From Planctomycetota bacterium (GTDB taxonomy: Bacteria; Planctomycetota; UBA1135; UBA2386): a stretch of 64,000 nt of DNA. The stretch covers positions 1,248,001 through 1,312,000 of the forward strand of contig OZ245006.1 in the NCBI GenBank assembly GCA_965223545.1. The letters run 5' to 3'. The translations under genes and the position numbers were made by a program. Below, one piece after another: positions 40,657 to 49,396 of the stretch (position 1 is the first letter of the stretch; the number at the start of each line of letters is the position of its first letter). The notes beneath the pieces are model-generated. The model was given only the letters and a program-made list of their open reading frames with translations, did no database searches and was not told the DNA's origin.

Positions 40657-43266
40657 CTAGCGCGTGACGAAGTTGACTAGCCGTCCCGGCACGACGATTT
40701 CCTTGACGATCGTCGCGCCCTCGAGCTGGGCCGCGACGGCCTCGCGTGCGGCGGCCAATACGGCCTGCTGATCGGCCGCTGCCGCGACCGAGACCCGGCC
40801 GCGGACTTTGCCCTTGACCTGGACGACGATCTCGACGGTCTCGTCGACCAACATCTTTGGGTCCGCCGCCGGCCACTCGCAGCGCGCCAAGAGCTCGCCG
40901 CATCCGAGCCGGCTCCAGAGCTCCTCGGCGATGTGCGGCGCGAACGGCGCCAAGATCTGCACGAACCGCCGCAGCTGAGCGCGCGTCAGTGCGTCGCCGG
41001 CCTTGGTGGCGTCGTTGACGAAGATCATCATCGCCGAGATCGCGGTGTTGAACGCCAGACGCTCGATGTCCTTCGTGACCTTGTCGATCGTCTTGTGCAG
41101 GCTGCGCTCGAGTGCGGGGTCCGGGTCGCGGTCGGCCCCCAGGTGGGCGTGCACGACGCCCTGCTCGCTCTCGTCTGGCACCGCCAAGCGCCACGTGCGG
41201 TGCAAGAAGCGCGACACGCCGGGAACGTCCTTGGGGTTCCAAGGCTTCGCGTCGGCGAGCGGCCCCATCGCCATCTCGTACAGCCGCAGCACATCGGCGC
41301 CGTACTCCGCCACCACGTCGTCGGGGTTGACGACGTTGCCGTAGCGCTTGGACATCTTGGTGACGGTCTGCGTCAGCGGCGCACCGGTGTCTGCATGCCG
41401 AAAGCTCCCGCCGTCCTCGACGACCTCGTCCACGGGCACGGTGGCGCCGCGTTCGTCCTGGTAGGCGAAGCTCAGGATCATGCCCTGGTTGTAGAGCACG
41501 CGGAACGGCTCGTCGCAGCCGACCAGGCCGAGGTCGTACAGCACCTTGGTCCAGAACCGCGCGTACAGCAGATGGCCGACCGCGTGCTCGGTGCCGCCGA
41601 TGTAGAGATCCACCGGCATCCAATAGTCGCTCGCCGCGCGGCTGCAGAACTCGGTGTCGTTGTGCGGATCGCAGAAGCGCAGGAAGTACCAGCTCGACCC
41701 CGCCGCTCCCGGCATGGTGTTGATCTCCCGCCGCACCGGCCGCCCCTCGGCGTCGGTCGTGCGCACCCAGTCGGTCGCGCGCGACAGCGGCGACTCGGGC
41801 TGGCCGCCGGGGCGGAAGTCGTCCATCTCCGGCAGCTGCACCGGTAGCTCGTCGGTCGGAACCAGCGACACCGACCCGTTCTCGTGGTGCAGGATCGGGA
41901 ACGGCTCCCCCCAGTAGCGCTGCCGCGAGAAGAGCCAGTCGCGCAGCTTGTAGGTCACCTTGGCACACCCGACTCCGCGCGCCGCCAACCACTCGATGGT
42001 CGCGCTGATCGCCGCGGCCTTGGACGCACCCGTCAGGTCGAGTCCGTCGTCGTTGGCGGAGTTGATGTAGGGCGCCTCTTCTGAGCAACAACGACGGCCT
42101 TCGCGCACCGCGCGATCGGCGTCCGCATCGCCGGTGTCCGGCGCGAAGATCGGCGGCACCGGCAGCCCGAACGCCTGCGCGAACTCGAAGTCGCGCTCGT
42201 CACCAGCGGGCACTGCCATGATGGCACCCGTGCCGTAGGTCGAGATCACGTAGTCGGCGATCCACACCGGCAGCGCGGCGCGCGGATCATCGGGTCCGAA
42301 CAGCGGGTTGAGGGCCATCGCCCCGGTCCACACCCCACTCTTCTCCTTCGCCAAGTCGGTGCGCTCGAGCTCGCTCTTGGTCGCGGCCTGCGCGCGGTAG
42401 GCGTCGACCTGGCCGCGCTGGGCCTCGGTGGTGATCGCCTCGACCAACGGATGCTCCGGCGCCAGCACCATGAACGACGCGCCAAACAGCGTGTCCGGAC
42501 GCGTGGTGAACACACGAATCGACGCATCGTGCCCGCGCACGGCGAAGTCGATCTCCGCGCCCTCGCTCCGCCCGATCCACTCGCGCTGCATGGCCTTGAG
42601 CGAGTCGGCCCACTCCAGCTTGTCGAGGTCGGCGAGCAATCGCTCGGCGTAGTCGGTGATCTTCAGCATCCACTGCCGCAGGGGCCGGCGCTCACAGGGG
42701 TGGTTGCCGCGCTCGCTGTGCCCGTCGACGACCTCGTCGTTCGACAACACCGTACCCAGCGCCTCGCACCACCACACCGGCGCATCCGACTGGTAGGCCA
42801 ACCCCTTCTCGTGCAGCTTGGCGAAGATCCACTGCGTCCACTTGAAGTAATCCGGATCGCAGGTCGCGAACTCCCGCTCCCACTCATAGCTGAAGCCCAG
42901 CGCCTTCAACTGGCGGCGGAAGTTGTCGATGTTCGCGCGCGTCGACGTCGCCGGGTGCACGTTCTGCTGGATGGCGTACTGCTCGGCTGGCAGGCCGAAC
43001 GCGTCCCAGCCCATCGGGTGCAGGACGTTGAAGCCGCGCATGCGCTTGTAGCGCGCGACGATATCGGTCGCGGTGTAGCCCTCGGGATGGCCGACGTGCA
43101 GCCCCGCTCCCGACGGGTACGGAAACATGTCGAGCACGTAGTACTTCGGCGCGGCGGAGTCGAAGTCGGGATCGCCGGGCCCCGGCGCGCGGAACACGCG
43201 CTCCCGCTCCCAGAACGCCTGCCATTTCGGCTCGATCTCGGCGGGTTGGTACGTCTGCTTCCCCAT
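40657..43266 (-). CDS. leuS: Leucine--tRNA ligase
   Basis: YVLDMFPYPSGAGLHVGH (HIGH), MGWDAFGLPAE, FTTRPDTLFG, GTGAIMAVP, DWLFSRQRYWGEP, KMSKR (KMSKS), APFAPHIAEELW. Confidence 0.97.
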   Translation of the reverse strand: MGKQTYQPAEIEPKWQAFWERERVFRAPGPGDPDFDSAAPKYYVLDMFPYPSGAGLHVGHPEGYTATDIVARYKRMRGFNVLHPMGWDAFGLPAEQYAIQQNVHPATSTRANIDNFRRQLKALGFSYEWEREFATCDPDYFKWTQWIFAKLHEKGLAYQSDAPVWWCEALGTVLSNDEVVDGHSERGNHPCERRPLRQWMLKITDYAERLLADLDKLEWADSLKAMQREWIGRSEGAEIDFAVRGHDASIRVFTTRPDTLFGASFMVLAPEHPLVEAITTEAQRGQVDAYRAQAATKSELERTDLAKEKSGVWTGAMALNPLFGPDDPRAALPVWIADYVISTYGTGAIMAVPAGDERDFEFAQAFGLPVPPIFAPDTGDADADRAVREGRRCCSEEAPYINSANDDGLDLTGASKAAAISATIEWLAARGVGCAKVTYKLRDWLFSRQRYWGEPFPILHHENGSVSLVPTDELPVQLPEMDDFRPGGQPESPLSRATDWVRTTDAEGRPVRREINTMPGAAGSSWYFLRFCDPHNDTEFCSRAASDYWMPVDLYIGGTEHAVGHLLYARFWTKVLYDLGLVGCDEPFRVLYNQGMILSFAYQDERGATVPVDEVVEDGGSFRHADTGAPLTQTVTKMSKRYGNVVNPDDVVAEYGADVLRLYEMAMGPLADAKPWNPKDVPGVSRFLHRTWRLAVPDESEQGVVHAHLGADRDPDPALERSLHKTIDKVTKDIERLAFNTAISAMMIFVNDATKAGDALTRAQLRRFVQILAPFAPHIAEELWSRLGCGELLARCEWPAADPKMLVDETVEIVVQVKGKVRGRVSVAAAADQQAVLAAAREAVAAQLEGATIVKEIVVPGRLVNFVTR

Positions 43267-43397
43267 GGCGAACTGGCGGAGGGTCTTAGGTCTGCTGGGC
43301 CCGCCGGCGGCGGGGCGGACATGATCGACGCAGATCGCACAGCACGCCAATACGGATTCGGTTTTGCCCGGGGCGGCGCCCGCCTACCGTCCGGGTC

Positions 43398-43688
43398 ATG
43401 TACGGGCTGAGTGAGCGCGGCTTTCACCTGCTGCTCGGCGGCTTGCTGCTGGGCTCCACCTTCCTCGACCGCGCGGCGCGCGCATTGCTGCCATCGTGGG
43501 ATCCCCCGCAGGTCAGCCTGTTGACCCTGGCCATCGGCCTGATCTGGGTCGCGCTGTTCGCCGCCCACCGCGGCAAGAACCTCGAGGACCGCATGCGGGT
43601 GCTCGAGGACCGGCTCGAGCGCAGCGAGCAACGGGTGGAGATCCACGACGTCGAGCTCGCCCGGCGGCGCCCCGACGCCCACCACTGA
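43398..43688 (+). CDS. Small two-TM membrane protein with a coiled-coil tail
   Basis: Two hydrophobic segments then LEDRMRVLEDRLE; fills the gap upstream of the next gene. Confidence 0.6.
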   Translation: MYGLSERGFHLLLGGLLLGSTFLDRAARALLPSWDPPQVSLLTLAIGLIWVALFAAHRGKNLEDRMRVLEDRLERSEQRVEIHDVELARRRPDAHH

Positions 43689-43747
43689 TTGTGGCGACCG
43701 GCCGCGCCGCCTTGCGACCGCGGCGGCTTCCTTCTTACCCTGCGGCC

Positions 43748-46042
43748 ATGGCACCATCGCTCCGCCTCCTGGCGATCCCGCTCATTGCCCTGTTCGGCGC
43801 GCAAGCCGCGGCGCAGCAGGACGAAGCGCCGCGCGTCATCGTGCTCGGCTTCGACGGCGCCGACCACAACATGGTGCAGCGCTACATCGAGCAGGGCGAG
43901 CTGCCGAACCTCGAGGCGCTGGCCGAGCGCGGCACCCTGTCGCGGCTGGAGACCACCAACCCGGCCGAGTCCGCGGTGTCCTGGTCGACCTTCGGCCGCG
44001 GCCTCAACCCGGGGCGGACGACGATGTTCGGCTTCGTCAGCCGCATGCCGGGCACCTACTTTCCGGAGCTGCGCTTCATGAAGATGGGGGAACGCCCGGC
44101 GTCCGAGTTCTACGGCGGCGATGACGGCATCGGCTTGTGGGTCGGCGCGGCGGCCGGCCTGCTGCTCGGCCTGCTCGGCTTGCGCTTCCTCGGCCTCGGT
44201 GGCGGTGTGGTCGCGGCCGCGCTGCTCGTCGGCGGCGGGGCCTGGCTCGGCAGCACCCTCGGCGGTGACGGCGAGGCCGGCTTCGGCGACGCTCCCGTGC
44301 CGACGCTCGAGCCCGTGGTCGAAGGCAAGCCGCTGTGGAGCCGGCTCGACGAAGCCGGGCTCAGGGTGCGTGGCTTCCTGGTGCCGATGTCGACGCCGGT
44401 GCCCGAGATGCAACACGGCGGCCTCGCCGGCGGCCTCGGCGTTCCCGACGTCGCCGGTCGGCCGATCGGCAGCTACTTCGTGCTGTCCAGTGATCCGGCC
44501 GACACCCCCTTCGGCGATCGCCGCTCGACCGCTTCGCGCGGCCTGGTGTGCAAGCTGCAGGGCGAGGGCGGCCCGCTGACCGCCGAGATCCCGGGCCCGG
44601 TCGACCTCCGCACGCGCGCCGCGGTGCGCGCCGAGTTCGAGGCGGTGAAGGCCGAGCTCGAACAACCCGGCACGACCTCGGCGCGGGCCGCCGAGCTCCG
44701 CGGCCGACACGGCGAGCTCAACGACCGCGAGCGCGAGGGCTACGAGAGCACGGCGACGGTCACGGTCGAGCGCGCCGGCGAAGGCTCGGTCACCGTCACC
44801 ATCGATGGCAAGAAGCAGACCGTCCCCGAAGGCCAGTGGAGCGACTGGATGCCGATGCACTTCGCCTTGCCGGAGCCCCTGGCGACCACCGCGCTGGCGC
44901 GGTTTCGCGTGCTCGAGGCGGGCGAGCACATCAAGCTGTTCTTTCCCGCTCTGGGCTTCGATCCGCGCGCCATTCCACAACACCTGTGCGCGGAGCACCC
45001 GCCGGGTTTCTCCGCCGGCCTCGCCGAGCGCAGCGGGCCCTACGACACCACGGGCTGGGCGTGCATGACCAACCCGCTGAAGGACGAGGAGATCGACGAG
45101 CAGGTGTTCCTCGAGCAGATCCGCCTGCTCACGGCCGAGCGCAAGGCCGTGCTGCTCGAGGAGCTGGCACGCGACGACTACGACTTCTACTTCGCGATGT
45201 TCGGTGAGACCGACCGCGTCCAGCACTTGATGTTCCGGCTGATCGATCCCGAAAACCCGATGTACGACGCCGCGCTGGCGGAGAAGTACGGATCGGCGAT
45301 CCTCGACGCCTACAAGGCCATGGACGACATCGTCGGCGAGGTGATGCAGCGCCACGTCGACGAGCGGACGCACCTGCTGGTGGTCAGCGACCACGGCTTC
45401 ACGTCGTTCCGCCGGCAGATGGCGATCAACACCTGGCTGATCGAGGAGGGCTACTTGGTGCCGCGGCGCGGCGGCACGGATCCCAAGACTCTTCTGCGCC
45501 GCCTGCCGCGCAGCCAACAGGATCAACTGCGTTTCATGGATCCCGCCCGCAGCCGCGCCTTCGCGCTCGGCCTGGGCAAGATCTACATCAATCTGCAGGG
45601 CCGCGAAGCCAACGGCATCGTGCCGCAGAGCGAGTACGAGGCCCTGTGCGAGGAGATCAAGCAGAAGCTCCTCGCGCTGCGCGACCCGCAAGACGGCGCA
45701 CAGGTCGTCAACAAGGTCTGGCGCCACCACGAGCTGTACACCGGCCCCCACGCCGACAAGGACGCCGACCTCTACCTCGGCTTCGCGCCGTACTACCGCA
45801 TCAGCTGGAGCACGACCGTGGGTGGGTTCTCCGCCGAGGTGCTCGAAGACAACGACAACAAGTGGAGCGGCGACCACGCCTCCAACGACCCCGACGTCGT
45901 GCCGGGCATCTTGGTGTCCAACCGGCCGCTGGCCGAGGGACAGACCCCCGCCATCGTCGACATGACCCCCACGATCCTCGGTCTGTTCGGCGTCGATGCC
46001 GGTGGTCTGGACGGCCGAGTGTTGCAGTTCCAGCCGCAGTGA
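43748..46042 (+). CDS. Alkaline phosphatase superfamily protein (nucleotide pyrophosphatase/phosphodiesterase type)
   Basis: Signal peptide; VIVLGFDGAD, TTNPAESAVSWSTF..G.NPG, ETDRVQH.MFR, VVSDHGF, IYINLQGRE..GIV, WSGDH. Confidence 0.9.
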   Translation: MAPSLRLLAIPLIALFGAQAAAQQDEAPRVIVLGFDGADHNMVQRYIEQGELPNLEALAERGTLSRLETTNPAESAVSWSTFGRGLNPGRTTMFGFVSRMPGTYFPELRFMKMGERPASEFYGGDDGIGLWVGAAAGLLLGLLGLRFLGLGGGVVAAALLVGGGAWLGSTLGGDGEAGFGDAPVPTLEPVVEGKPLWSRLDEAGLRVRGFLVPMSTPVPEMQHGGLAGGLGVPDVAGRPIGSYFVLSSDPADTPFGDRRSTASRGLVCKLQGEGGPLTAEIPGPVDLRTRAAVRAEFEAVKAELEQPGTTSARAAELRGRHGELNDREREGYESTATVTVERAGEGSVTVTIDGKKQTVPEGQWSDWMPMHFALPEPLATTALARFRVLEAGEHIKLFFPALGFDPRAIPQHLCAEHPPGFSAGLAERSGPYDTTGWACMTNPLKDEEIDEQVFLEQIRLLTAERKAVLLEELARDDYDFYFAMFGETDRVQHLMFRLIDPENPMYDAALAEKYGSAILDAYKAMDDIVGEVMQRHVDERTHLLVVSDHGFTSFRRQMAINTWLIEEGYLVPRRGGTDPKTLLRRLPRSQQDQLRFMDPARSRAFALGLGKIYINLQGREANGIVPQSEYEALCEEIKQKLLALRDPQDGAQVVNKVWRHHELYTGPHADKDADLYLGFAPYYRISWSTTVGGFSAEVLEDNDNKWSGDHASNDPDVVPGILVSNRPLAEGQTPAIVDMTPTILGLFGVDAGGLDGRVLQFQPQ

Positions 46043-46053
46043 CCGGAGTAGTC

Positions 46054-46214
46054 GGCGGACCGACGCCGGAATCGGCGCACGAGTGACGTTGAGCCGACAG
46101 CTCCTCCCACGGGTCCCTCGCCGCACACCTGTGGGGAATGATCGCAAACCCATAAATGGTCTTGGGTTCCGCGATTCAACCCGGAATATGGGGCCACTTG
46201 GCACGCGGTTCGCT
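46054..46214 (+). ncRNA. ssrS: Probable 6S RNA
   Basis: Closing stem GGCGGACCG/CGGTTCGCT; GTTGAG/TTCAAC helix followed by CCGACA (compare 6S TGAGCCGA..TTCAA); terminal stem CCCACGGGT/ACCTGTGGG; 3' bubble hairpin ATCGC..AACCCA/TGGGTT..GCGAT. Confidence 0.62.
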
Positions 46215-46413
46215 CCTCCTTCTCCCATCGCCTGGGACTCGCAACCTTGGCTCAAACCGAGGACCTCCCCCGGCTCCTCGGTCAGGGGAAGAAGGACCCT
46301 TTGCCCCCCGCACCACCATCCGGTGGTCGCGGGGGGACGCTCGCCAAGCGAGCGCTATCATCGGCGCTTTGCCAGAGGCGGCCGCTGACTGCCGCCGCCT
46401 CGGAGGAAGCCCG

Positions 46414-49371
46414 ATGCGCATCGCCCGCCGCGCCAGCCTGGCGCTCCCCTGGACCCTCCTGCTCGGCTGCGGCGAGACCGTCGAACCCAGCGCTCCAACG
46501 GCCGGCGGCGCGGCCGCGTCCGATGTGGCTCCGACACGGGTCCGCTTGTTCGACCTCATCGAGCCGGGCTCGCTCTCCTTCGATGCACCCCCGCCCCGCG
46601 CGGCCCGCGCCGCGGAGCGAGTCGTGTTGGTCAGCGGCGCGGCCGACGACCCGGCGCCGTGGTTCGCGAGCAGCGACGGCAATCGACCGACCTACACACA
46701 AGAGCTCGGTGCGCAGATGACCCGCACCGCCGATGGCGGCGTCGAAGGCGGCGCGCTCCGGCTCGGCCCCGGCGTGGCGCGCGACCGCAGCTACGCGGTG
46801 CTGCTGCTGCCGGCGGAGCCCCTGGTGCGCTACACCGTGCGCGGCCGCGTGCGGCTGGCGGACAACCCGCTCGGCGGGGAGGCATCGGCACGCGAAGTCC
46901 TGCAGGTCATCGAACACGAACGCGCCGTCACCGATCCGACCCGCACCCGCCGCAGTCGTTGGGGCCGCGCGCCGCAACGCCACCGCGTCTCGCGCACCCT
47001 CGATCCATCCGGCTGGGACGCGTTCGAGCTGACGTTCCTATCGCGCCCGCGCACGCGAACGCTGGAGATCCGGCTGCTGCATCGCAGCGGCAACAGCGAG
47101 GCCGCGAGCACCTGGTACGATGCCGTCGAGGTCGAGCAGCAGCCTGTCTCGGAGCCGGAGATGTACGAGTTCCTCCGCGCGCGCTACGCCCCGCGCGACG
47201 GCCAAGAGGACCTGACGCCGTGGCGGCTGCGCGTCGCACTCGGCGTGCCCGACCCCGACACCGGCCGGCCGCGCGCGCGCCGCGAGTACCGCGACGCCAT
47301 GCTGCTGCCGCCGCCGCGCCGGCTCGCGCTGTCCGTGCGGCTCCCGCCGGCGGCGACCCGGCCGCAGCTGCACTTCCACTACGGGATGCTGCCGGAGAGC
47401 CATGGGCTGGACGGGGACGGTGCGGTTCTCCGCGTCGGTTTCCGGGCCGACGACGCCGCCGCCGAAGAGCCGATCGGCAGCGTGCGGTTCGACCCCAAGA
47501 ACGACCCGCAGCACCGCGACTGGCTCACCGCGAGCATGGATCTGACCACGGTGGCCGGCGAGGACGGGCAGCGCGGCGTGCTGTCGTTCTGGGCCGAGGA
47601 CATCGAGGACAGCGAAACCGACGTGCTGGACGCGGTGCTGCTGTCCACACCGCGCATCGCGCCCGCCGAGCAAACGGGCAGCGGGCTGAACGTGCTCTTG
47701 ATCGGCGTCGACACGTTGCGCGCCGACCGAATGAGCGCGTTCGGCTACGAGCGCGACACGACACCGCACCTGCGTGTGCTCGCCGAGCGCGCCACGCTGT
47801 TCCCCCACACCCTGTGCCAGGCGCCGTGGACCCTGCCGTCGTTCTCCACCATCTTCACGTCGATGTATCCTTCGGCGCACGGCGCCGGCCGCGGCGGGCA
47901 CGATGAGTGGACGCCGATCGACCCGACGACCACCGCGCTGGCCGAGATCTTGAGCCGCGCCGGCTACGTCACCCAGGGGGTGACCGCCAACCACCTGATC
48001 TCACCCAGCTACGGCCTCGACCAGGGGTTCGGCGCCTACCGCATCCCCGAGGGTTGGAGCATGGAATCGGCAGCGGGCGACAAGCAGCACGTCATCGCGT
48101 TGCTGCGCGAGTTCCGCTCCACGCCGTTCTTCCTGTTCTGGCACATCATGGACCCGCACCTGCCCTACACGACGGAAGACGGCTTCCGCGAGGAGTTCAC
48201 CGCGGCGGACTACGAGGGGCGGTTCAAGGGTTCACGCGGCTATCAGGTGCCGTTCCAGGTGCTCGACCCACGACCTGGGCGACGGTGGTACACCCACGAG
48301 GGACCGCCGCCGGCGCCGGCGCTCGCCGAGGACGACGAGCGGTTCGTGCACGACTACTACGACGCCGAGATCGCCGAGACCGACGCCGCGATCGGCGCGG
48401 TGCTGACCGCACTCGATGAACTCGGCCTGGCCGAACGCACGATCATCGCCCTGGTCGCCGACCACGGTGAGGGGCTGGGCGAGCACAAGCACTACCACCA
48501 CGGCTACACCCTGTTCGAGGACCAGGTCCGCATCCCCATGTTGGTGGCGGTGCCCGGCCAGAGCCGCCGCGTCATCGAACGGCCGGTCGGCGCCATCGAC
48601 CTCGCTCCCACTCTGCTGGGCGCGCTCGGGCTGCCGATTCCGTCGACCTTCGAGGGAGTCGACCGGTTGGCGGCCGACGCGCCGGAAGACGATCCGGTGT
48701 TGATGGAGTACCCGACCTACGACAGCTCGGCGCAGAAGGCATACGTGCGCGGCAGTCTGAAGTATCTGCACGATCCGGTGTTCCACACCGAGGCCCTGTT
48801 CGACGTGGCGGCGGATCCGCTCGAGACGCAAGACGTGCGCGCGGCGCATCCAGAATTCGTCGCCGAGGCGCGCGCCGCCCTCGACCGCTTCCGGTGGGCG
48901 CAGCTGCAGAAGGGGCGCTTCCACCTGCGCTTGGTCGGCAAGAAGGGACAGAGGCTGCGGCTGAAGCTGCGCACCGACGATCTCTTCGACGCCAACTTTG
49001 CCAGCCGCCCGTCCATCGATGAGCACGACTTCACCATGGACTTGGGGCGCACCACTCTCGAGCTCGACACCGAGCTGAGCACCGGCCCACTCGAGCTGGT
49101 GTTCTGGTGCCGGGGCCGCGAGATGCAGCTCGAGGCGACGCTCGACGGCACGGCGCTGGCCGGGCTGGCGTTGGGCCCCGACGCCGTCGCGATCCCACTG
49201 CCGGCCACGCTCGAGCTCAATGCGATCCCGGAGCTGCACACCAGTCAGGTCGGCGCCCCTGCCACCGGCGAGCTGCTGCTGTGGCTCGAAGCCGGCGCCT
49301 CGCACGTGCTACCGGTGGTGCCGACCCCCGAGGAAGTCGAGCACCTGAAAGCGCTCGGCTACACCAAGTAG
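46414..49371 (+). CDS. Sulfatase-like hydrolase lipoprotein with N-terminal beta-sandwich domains
   Basis: GGAGG RBS; lipobox LLLGC; NVLLIGVDTLRAD, TTPHL, APWTLPSFSTIFT, HIMDPHLPY, YDAEI, ADHGE, HG.TLF.DQVRIP, DLAPT, LFD..DPLE. Confidence 0.88.
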   Translation: MRIARRASLALPWTLLLGCGETVEPSAPTAGGAAASDVAPTRVRLFDLIEPGSLSFDAPPPRAARAAERVVLVSGAADDPAPWFASSDGNRPTYTQELGAQMTRTADGGVEGGALRLGPGVARDRSYAVLLLPAEPLVRYTVRGRVRLADNPLGGEASAREVLQVIEHERAVTDPTRTRRSRWGRAPQRHRVSRTLDPSGWDAFELTFLSRPRTRTLEIRLLHRSGNSEAASTWYDAVEVEQQPVSEPEMYEFLRARYAPRDGQEDLTPWRLRVALGVPDPDTGRPRARREYRDAMLLPPPRRLALSVRLPPAATRPQLHFHYGMLPESHGLDGDGAVLRVGFRADDAAAEEPIGSVRFDPKNDPQHRDWLTASMDLTTVAGEDGQRGVLSFWAEDIEDSETDVLDAVLLSTPRIAPAEQTGSGLNVLLIGVDTLRADRMSAFGYERDTTPHLRVLAERATLFPHTLCQAPWTLPSFSTIFTSMYPSAHGAGRGGHDEWTPIDPTTTALAEILSRAGYVTQGVTANHLISPSYGLDQGFGAYRIPEGWSMESAAGDKQHVIALLREFRSTPFFLFWHIMDPHLPYTTEDGFREEFTAADYEGRFKGSRGYQVPFQVLDPRPGRRWYTHEGPPPAPALAEDDERFVHDYYDAEIAETDAAIGAVLTALDELGLAERTIIALVADHGEGLGEHKHYHHGYTLFEDQVRIPMLVAVPGQSRRVIERPVGAIDLAPTLLGALGLPIPSTFEGVDRLAADAPEDDPVLMEYPTYDSSAQKAYVRGSLKYLHDPVFHTEALFDVAADPLETQDVRAAHPEFVAEARAALDRFRWAQLQKGRFHLRLVGKKGQRLRLKLRTDDLFDANFASRPSIDEHDFTMDLGRTTLELDTELSTGPLELVFWCRGREMQLEATLDGTALAGLALGPDAVAIPLPATLELNAIPELHTSQVGAPATGELLLWLEAGASHVLPVVPTPEEVEHLKALGYTK

Positions 49372-49396
49372 GCGCGGGCGCGGCGCAGCCGCGCAC

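Noticed and set aside
43424..46255. Long antisense or alternate-frame ORFs (for example 43424..46255, 6330..8672, 14094..16475, 31478..33607, 40040..42091)
   Set aside because: Expected in high-GC DNA; they overlap well-supported genes and show no recognisable motifs.
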